From: Octopus vulgaris
Taxonomy: Eukaryota
NCBI GenBank assembly: GCA_951406725.2
Contig: OX597814.1
Coordinates: forward strand, 16,802,001-16,866,000
Reading direction: 5' to 3'
Length of the DNA: 64,000 nucleotides
A model generated the notes under the pieces. It saw only the letters and a list, made by a program, of their open reading frames with translations, was not told the origin of the DNA and ran no database searches. The position numbers and the translations under genes are program-made. This document shows, in pieces, positions 56,371 through 64,000 of this stretch. Numbering within the stretch: the stretch's first letter is position 1; each line of letters opens with the position of its first letter.

Positions 56371-56633
56371 TCTCCTCAGCATCACCTGCAGAAACATCAT
56401 CGGTAGCAGCGACAAGTCGGAAATTAGAACATGATCGTCGTCATTGTAATCGATGTCTTTATTCTTTATCCACAAGAACCATCCTAGTTGAAATCTTAGC
56501 AACAACACTAACAGAAGCAATAACGAAGCAATAACATTGCATAGAAATGTATCAGATAGCAACATCAATTAAACAGTAAGCAACACAGGTTTTAGGTATA
56601 ACAGAAGTAAATAGACATCCCATAAAAATATCC

Positions 56634-57400
56634 ATTTCTTTATTACCCACAAGGGGCTAAACATAGAGGGGATAAACAAGGACAGACAAACGGATTAAGT
56701 CGATTATATCGACCCCAGTGCGTAACTGGTACTTAATTTATCGACCCCGAAAGGATGAAAGGCAAAGTCGACCTCGGCGGAATTTGAACTCAGAACGTAA
56801 GGAGAGACGAAATACCTATTTCTTTACTTCCCACAAGGCTAAACATAGAGGGGACAAACAAGGACAGACACACGGATTAAGTCGATTATATCGACCCCAG
56901 TGCGTAACTGGTACTTAATTTATCGACCCCGAAAGGATGAAAGGCAAAGTCGACCTCGGCGGAATTTGAACTCAGAACGTAAGGAGAGACGAAATACCTA
57001 TTTCTTTACTTCCCACAAGGGGCTAAACATAGAGGGGACAAACAAGGACAGACACACGGATTAAGTCGATTATATCGACCCCAGTGCGTAACTGGTACTT
57101 AATTTATCGACCCCGAAAGGATGAAAGGCAAAGTCGACCTCGGCGGAATTTGAACTCAGAACGTAAGGAGAGACGAAATACCTATTTCTTTACTTCCCAC
57201 AAGGGGCTAAACATAGAGGGGACAAACAAGGACAGACAAACGGATTAAGTCGATTATATCGACCCCAGTGCGTAACTGGTACTTAATTTATCGACCCCGA
57301 AAGGATGAAAGGCAAAGTCGACCTCGGCGGAATTTGAACTCGGAACGTAACGGCAGACGAAATAAGGCTACGCATTTCGCCTGGCGTGCTAACGTTTCTA
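56634..57400 (-). mobile_element. SINE family C head-to-tail tetramer
   Basis: Units 56634-56816, 56817-56998, 56999-57182 and 57183-57400. Only the last has the head. Confidence 0.9.
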
Positions 57401-57639
57401 ATTTCTTTATTGCCCACAAAGGACTAAACAATCTTGGGATCCCGCTTTCTAACAGTTAATAGAATGATTGTGCAATTCACCGGAGAGGAGAAGGGGACCA
57501 CATCACCTCGATCAGATCAACCAGAGCACACTGACAGAACCCTTCTCTTTGCTAAGAGAAGTGTAGATGATAATTCTCGTTGCAAGGCCTCTGACATAGA
57601 AGAACAAGTTGATGTCAGTCATATATATATATATATATA

Positions 57640-58020
57640 CTAGCAGTATCGCCCGGCGTTGTTCGGGTTTGTAAGGGAAATAACTATATAAGCATTTTTA
57701 GATAGTTATAGCCCCAAAATAGCAAAAAAATGCATTGAAAATGGAAAAAAAATATGGTAATTTTTTTTTTAATCGTTGACTCATCGTAGACATTTTTAGA
57801 GAGTTACTTCCCTTATATAATAGCGAAAAAATGCATTAAAATGGAAAAAAATTATGGTAAATTTTTTTTTTAAATCGTAGACTCATCGTAGACGCGCGCT
57901 AATACCCAGAAGGGCTCGATATGAATCACGACTATAAGTTACCCGGTTTTGGTTAAACTGCACCGCAAAATGTGGGAGTAGTTAGGAATCTAAATCGTAG
58001 GAGACAGACACACAACTTCA

Positions 58021-58030
<10 letters not shown>
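57640..58030 (-). mobile_element. Non-autonomous Helitron, same family as 11222-11619
   Basis: Reverse complement of copy 1. Ends cccgaacaacgccggg-cgatactgCTAG|T. Flanked by (TA)n. Confidence 0.82.
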
Positions 58031-58068
<38 letters not shown>

Positions 58069-58765
58069 CATGTCATATATAATAGCAAGCACAAAAGGTA
58101 AATGCTTTATATCTGCAACGAGGTTCTGAAAAACAAAAAGAAAACGTCAACAGCAGAAACATCAGCAGATGCTCCATATAGATGAATGGTTCTGTCTAAT
58201 TAGTTTCTTGGAGAACTAGCTTCTGGCAATGTCAGTTGGGTTGAATCAGTCACTGGATTGAAAATGCAGGTGACATTCTGTTCATCAGATCATTTGTTTC
58301 ATACCTGGTCGGGTTGTTTCATCAAATCACGCAGGCTGGATCAAATCAATAAACTCTGGGTTAATTAATTATATCTAAATTCTTTAAAAAGATATCATTA
58401 TTATATCTGAAGGCTAAAACATTTTCACTTTGTTCACAGACGATTTAAGCATTGTGGTGTGAAAGGAAGAAAGTTTACGAAACGATCGAATGCCAGTTGA
58501 ATATATTACCTTATTTTAACTAACTATGGCACCTTATTGTTAGTCCCCGTCTTCAAGGAAAATCCGGGAGTAATAAGAGGCTTTATTCAAGACAGCTTGA
58601 GAAATGTATTAAACAAAGTCAACAACGTTTAACGATATTCAATCTCAGGGCTAAGATAGAAGCAGTTATGTATAGTTATAGAAACTGTTCTTGCACATTT
58701 ATCTCCCTTACACTAACTAGCCATCAGGGCACGCCATGTATTCCCGTATATTTTTATCGAAATAT

Positions 58766-59112
58766 TTACTCTTTTATTTACTCTTTTATTTGTTTCAGTC
58801 ATTTGACTGTGGCCGTGCTGGGGCACCACCTTTTAGTCGAGCAAATCGACCCCAGGACTTATTCTTTGTAAGCCTAGTACTTATTCAATCGGTAAACACA
58901 GCAGCATCGGTTGTCAAGCGATGTTGGGAGGACAAACACAGACACACAAAGACACACACACATATATATATACATATATACGACGGGCTTCTTTCAGTTT
59001 CCGTCTAACAAATCCACTCACAAGGCTTTGGTCGGCCCGAGGCTATAGTAGAAGACACTTGCTCAAGGTGCCACGCACTGGGGACTGAACCCGGAACCGC
59101 GTGGTTAGTAAG
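58766..59112 (-). mobile_element. SINE family B, internally deleted and 5'-clipped
   Basis: Homology to family B. Confidence 0.82.
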
Positions 59113-60017
59113 TCACAGAAACATTTTTTTTTTGTGTTTTTTATTGTTACTGATTGTTTATTTTAGTAGTTGCTATTGTTACTGATCATTTATTTTAGTT
59201 GATGTTGATGTTGTTTGTAACCTGGCCATTCCTGTTGTTACCACGCTATCATAGTTTTAAAAGTATTATTTATTACATAATGCTATCAAGATCAATAAGC
59301 TATCTTGAATCTGTACTTTTTGAAGAGAATCCTGTAAGATTTGAGTAACGTGGCTTCTATTTCTAGCAGTCTTATCAGGCTACGTAGAGAAACGCGTTTT
59401 GTTTCGCTGTTTTTACTTATAAAGTTTAGAACAACTTCATACAGAAAATTTTTTTTTTTTAAATGAGAATATACACCAAGAGGAGGGAGGGGAGGAGGGA
59501 GTGAAATAAAACCCAACTTTTTGTTAAGTAGTACAGTGTATTAAGGACACAATTTCGATTACTATTCCTTTGATTTTCAAAATCCTCTTTCAAATTAATA
59601 ATGTTTAATGAATTGTTGTTTGTGTTGTTTATATACCCCAGTTCTAATTATATACCCCAGTACTAAAACCACTAGTTTTCCAGCCGGTTGCATCTCAATT
59701 CTGTATCCTTGGGTTTCCATTGCGTTTTCCAAATTCTACAGGACAGCGTGTAAGAGGGAGAAGATTTAACTAATTCTTTAGCAGCATTTCGTCTCTCTTT
59801 TACGCTCTGAGTTCAAATTCCGCCGAACTCAACTTTACCTTTCATTCTTTCAGGGACTATAAAATAAGTACCATGTCGGTGTAATTGAAGTACACCACCC
59901 CCGACGTTTATAGCCCTGTGCCAAATTTTGAAACCACTATTAGTCCACAGTAGCAGTAAGTCAGAAAAAAGTAGTTGAATTGAATTAATTCTATCTGCTA
60001 GTCCTTAAAAAACCGAA

Positions 60018-60050
<33 letters not shown>

Positions 60051-60462
60051 CATCGTCGTCATCGTCATCATCATCATCATCATTGTCGTCGTCGTTGTCG
60101 TCGTCGTCATCATCATCATCATCATCATCACTGCCATCGTCGTCATCATTAATGAATACCAGCGTCATTTCTTTCTTTTTTTTTTTTCTAAACGTCTCCC
60201 AGTAATGATATTTCTTAATATTCAACCTTCTTCATATATATATATTTCTTTCTTTCCCTTTAGCTGTCACTCCCACATTAGTTCTATCTATCCATCTATC
60301 TATCTCTATTTTTTCTTTCTCTCTCCTTCTCGTTCACTGTATCTCTATACCGAGCACGTGTAGGTGTATATACAGCATATTGCACATGTTTGGAAAAGTG
60401 TCTTGCATATGTGTGTATGTGTGCGTTTATATATGCATATATATATATATATACATATATAC

Positions 60463-60536
<74 letters not shown>

Positions 60537-60615
60537 CGTATATATATATATGTATATATATATATATACATATATATAACTATCTATATATATATATGTA
60601 TATATATATATATAC

Positions 60616-60673
<58 letters not shown>

Positions 60674-61534
60674 TACGTTTATACACATACGCATGCACAT
60701 ACTTACGTGTGTGTATTTGTGTATGAGTTTTACTTATACTACTTTATATCGTGTTGAGCATGAATCTTTAGACCTATCTAACTCTTTTTCCCTCTCTGCC
60801 TCTTCTCAGTCTCTTCCTCCATGTCCTTTTTGTCTCTCACTTTCCCCCCTGATTGTGTCACTCCCTAAAATCTGTCACATGTTCTCTAGTATTCTCCAAC
60901 ACTGAATCCATCTCTATCTCAATCCTCAACCCATATCAATTCAGTGGAGGGTCAGTTCCATGATGGTAATTTGAAAACCATTCCGTTCGCTCTGTCAGTC
61001 TCAGACAACGGGACGAAATCTCAACAACAACAGAAGAGAAAAACAACAAAAATATAAAAGAGAAGAAAAGAAAAAAATAACATTAAAGAAAAGAAAAGAA
61101 AAAGAAGATACAAAAATAAAACAAGCAAAAACGAAATAATATAGTTTTAATGTGTGATATTCGTCCTTTTCTTCCACCTATTCCCACCTCGCCAGACCAC
61201 CAGCGCCACTATCACCGCTACCACCCCCATCACTAGAATAACGCACCGCTTCTCACCACTCTACTACACACCACTGTACCATGACACCGCATCTAGCACT
61301 TTCGCATCCCGCTCCACCAGCCCCCACCGGAGGCAAGTCATGTCAGAGATAAGACACACACAATGGATTCTATTGTCAGCATTATAGCAGAGTCGTTCGT
61401 CGAGTGACACCGTTACAATTCTCTCTCCTTCTTTCGACCTCGACTAACACCAAAGGACTCTTTAAAAATCAAAACACACCAAAATGCTGTCAGTGCACAC
61501 CCACACGCCGCACGCACGCACGAACGTACGCACG

Positions 61535-61588
<54 letters not shown>

Positions 61589-62047
61589 CACACACATGCA
61601 CACAAATGTACACTCATACATACGTGCATGCGTGCGCACAATTGCACGCACATGCATAACACAGAAACCTCGCACACGTCACACATGCATATATATATTT
61701 GTGTGTGTGTATATATATATATATATGTGTGTGTGTATGTATGTATATATATATATATGTGTGTGTATATATTTATATGTGTATATAGTTGTATGTACGT
61801 ATATTTATGTATTTATATATGTATGCATGCATATATAAATATTCACCGTATGTGTGTATGTGGGTGTGTATGTGTATGCGTGTATGGTATGGTTTATATG
61901 CATATTTTTACTCGTAGAAGAAATATAAGTATATTCATGTGTGCACCTGTATATATATGTATGTATATGTGTATACATACATAAAATATGCATATAACAT
62001 ATTTCCATATCAAGATATGAGTGTTTATATATACGTACACACACACA

Positions 62048-62098
<51 letters not shown>

Positions 62099-62101
62099 TC
62101 A

Positions 62102-62150
<49 letters not shown>

Positions 62151-62268
62151 TTGCGAAGATGATCCGGTTCTTGACTGAAGATTGAAGGCTTCGAATGTCC
62201 CGTCCCTGTTTTTTGTATCGTCTTCTAAATGTTTCACGTTCTTGTCCCAGTTTGTATTTTTTTACATT

Positions 62269-62309
<41 letters not shown>

Positions 62310-62671
62310 TAATACTAAGGTATATACGTACGTACATACAGAGACATACACGTATATAATTTACATGCATATAGAAAAATATGCATGCACACTCTAACAT
62401 ATATACAGGAAAACACATAGTAAACACACTCGCGTGTACACAAACTATGTGAATAGGTTAATATTTCTTTGCATTATGATGTCTATGGTGTGCATCAGTT
62501 TTGTTTTCCAGGTTCTCTTCACCGAGTGATTTAATTCTAGAGAAATTAATCTATGAATTTCTGTATACTTTCTTATGGTATAGTTGTATATCTAGAAAGG
62601 AAAGACATTCTTCTGGAGAGTTAAAAATGAAGGATGCTGTTATTCGAATGTACGTATATGTCTAACGGATG

Positions 62672-62925
62672 TGGAGGCGCGTGGCTTAGTGGTTAGTGTG
62701 TCAGCATCATGATCGTAAGGTTGTGGTTTCGATTCCTATTCCGGACGACGCTTTGTGTTTTTGAGCAAAACGCTTCATTTCACGTTGCTCCAGTCCACTC
62801 AGCTGGCAAAAATGAGTAACGCTGCGACGGACTGGCGTCCCATCCCGCTGGGGAACACATGCGCCAGTGAAACCGAGAAACCGGGCCCATGAGCCTGGCT
62901 AGGCTTTAGAAGGGCGCATTTATTT
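62672..62925 (+). mobile_element. CORE-like SINE carrying the A2-type tail
   Basis: D-like head and core, then gcgacggactggcgtcccatcc...gaaaccgagaaaccggg. Confidence 0.8.
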
Positions 62926-63587
62926 ATTTTTTTATTATATGTCTAACTGGTCTTCAGAAATGACGGAAACATAGCGTGAGTGAAATGGAGGAAGTTGAGA
63001 GACAATGTGAGACTGGGAAATGGGAGTATTAAGAGAGAGAGGGACAGAAAGAAAAAAAGAGAGAGAGAAAAATGAGAGAGATCGGGATGAATAAAGACAG
63101 TCAACAATATATTTATTGAAACAAAATATTCAAACACTCATCCTGAGAATCGATGATTAAGTTAGTGTGAAAAAATTTGATACAAGCTGTAGAAAATATT
63201 GTACAGGCAATGGTTTTGTTTTTTATGCAGTTCATTTTTAATGGAGTTGGCGTTATATGTTAGAGAATTGAATACATGGGGCTCGATATTTCATGGTTCA
63301 TTTCAGATCGGAAATATTGTATATGAGACGTGTGTTTAAAATACTCTTACGTATATAGCCACAATCAGGCATACAAACACGAACAGTTATATACACACGT
63401 TCACTCACAAGCAGGCACACGCAAGTACACATGTACAATCATGCACACACATACACACACACACACACATACACACACACACATACACACACTCAAACAC
63501 TCATGAAACACACACACGTCAAACACACACACCTAAAACCTCTGTGTGTTTATGTGAGTGTGCATATATGTGTATGCGTACGTGTAA

Positions 63588-63621
<34 letters not shown>

Positions 63622-64000
63622 TTAACCCCGACTCAACCGCATGTATGTGTGTATGCATTATGTATGGATACAAGCATGTATGTCGGTACATATTGCTAAA
63701 GAGCATGAATTGATTCTACTTAAGATGGCTGATGCAAGGATGTAATAGAGGAGGTCCGTCAGCATAAAGGTACATCTCTTTTGCATAGGGTTAACGCAAA
63801 TATGGATATAGAGAACTAGCGCAAGCTTCAGTAATGAATCTTGTGTGCTTGGTGAGTTAATGATGACTGCACGGGTTCAAATGAAAATGGAACTTGTATG
63901 ATTATTATTTTAATCCATATTTCCCTTGTATGCCTTTTGAATTTATCAGCACGCAAAGTCCAATTTGTCAAATACCACAAAATGTCCATTTTATGCCTAA

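Noticed and set aside
55298-56534. Poly-N, I, M, L and K ORFs of 200-370 aa
   Set aside because: They are trinucleotide repeats open in several frames on both strands, with no domain or splice evidence.
56634-57400. Regular repeat array as CRISPR or hammerhead retrozyme
   Set aside because: There are no unique spacers, I found no CUGANGA/GAAA core on either strand, and the units are SINE C.
58270-58330. Minus-strand TTGATGA...GAAAC and CTGATGA
   Set aside because: No stems. It reads FDETT, possibly a DNA transposase relic, but is too weak to annotate.

Overview
AT-rich, microsatellite-dense eukaryotic DNA. The repeat content suggests an octopus-like cephalopod (inference). I found no convincing host protein-coding exon; almost all ORFs in the supplied track are read-throughs of (TA)n, (CA)n, (TAA)n, (CAT)n or (GAA)n repeats or of SINEs. 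The window is a mosaic of mobile DNA. It holds one 5'-truncated Penelope-like element (RT, Cys linker, GIY-YIG), several decayed R4/Dong-type non-LTR elements in (TAA)n tracts, about 30 tRNA-derived SINE copies built from swappable modules, non-autonomous Helitrons, mariner relics, MITEs and a SINE-mediated 1.65-kb tandem duplication. The main hidden signal is a cluster of type-I hammerhead ribozyme motifs invisible to the ORF track: five well-formed (3215-3254, 10258-10330, 18501-18551, 21147-21197, 31150-31252), two core-variant, and a degenerate family. They lie in short, mostly unrelated islands next to microsatellites, often with Penelope pLTR-type direct and inverted repeats, and two have unusually long stem II hairpins. 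All folds were assigned by eye and cleavage activity is untested.
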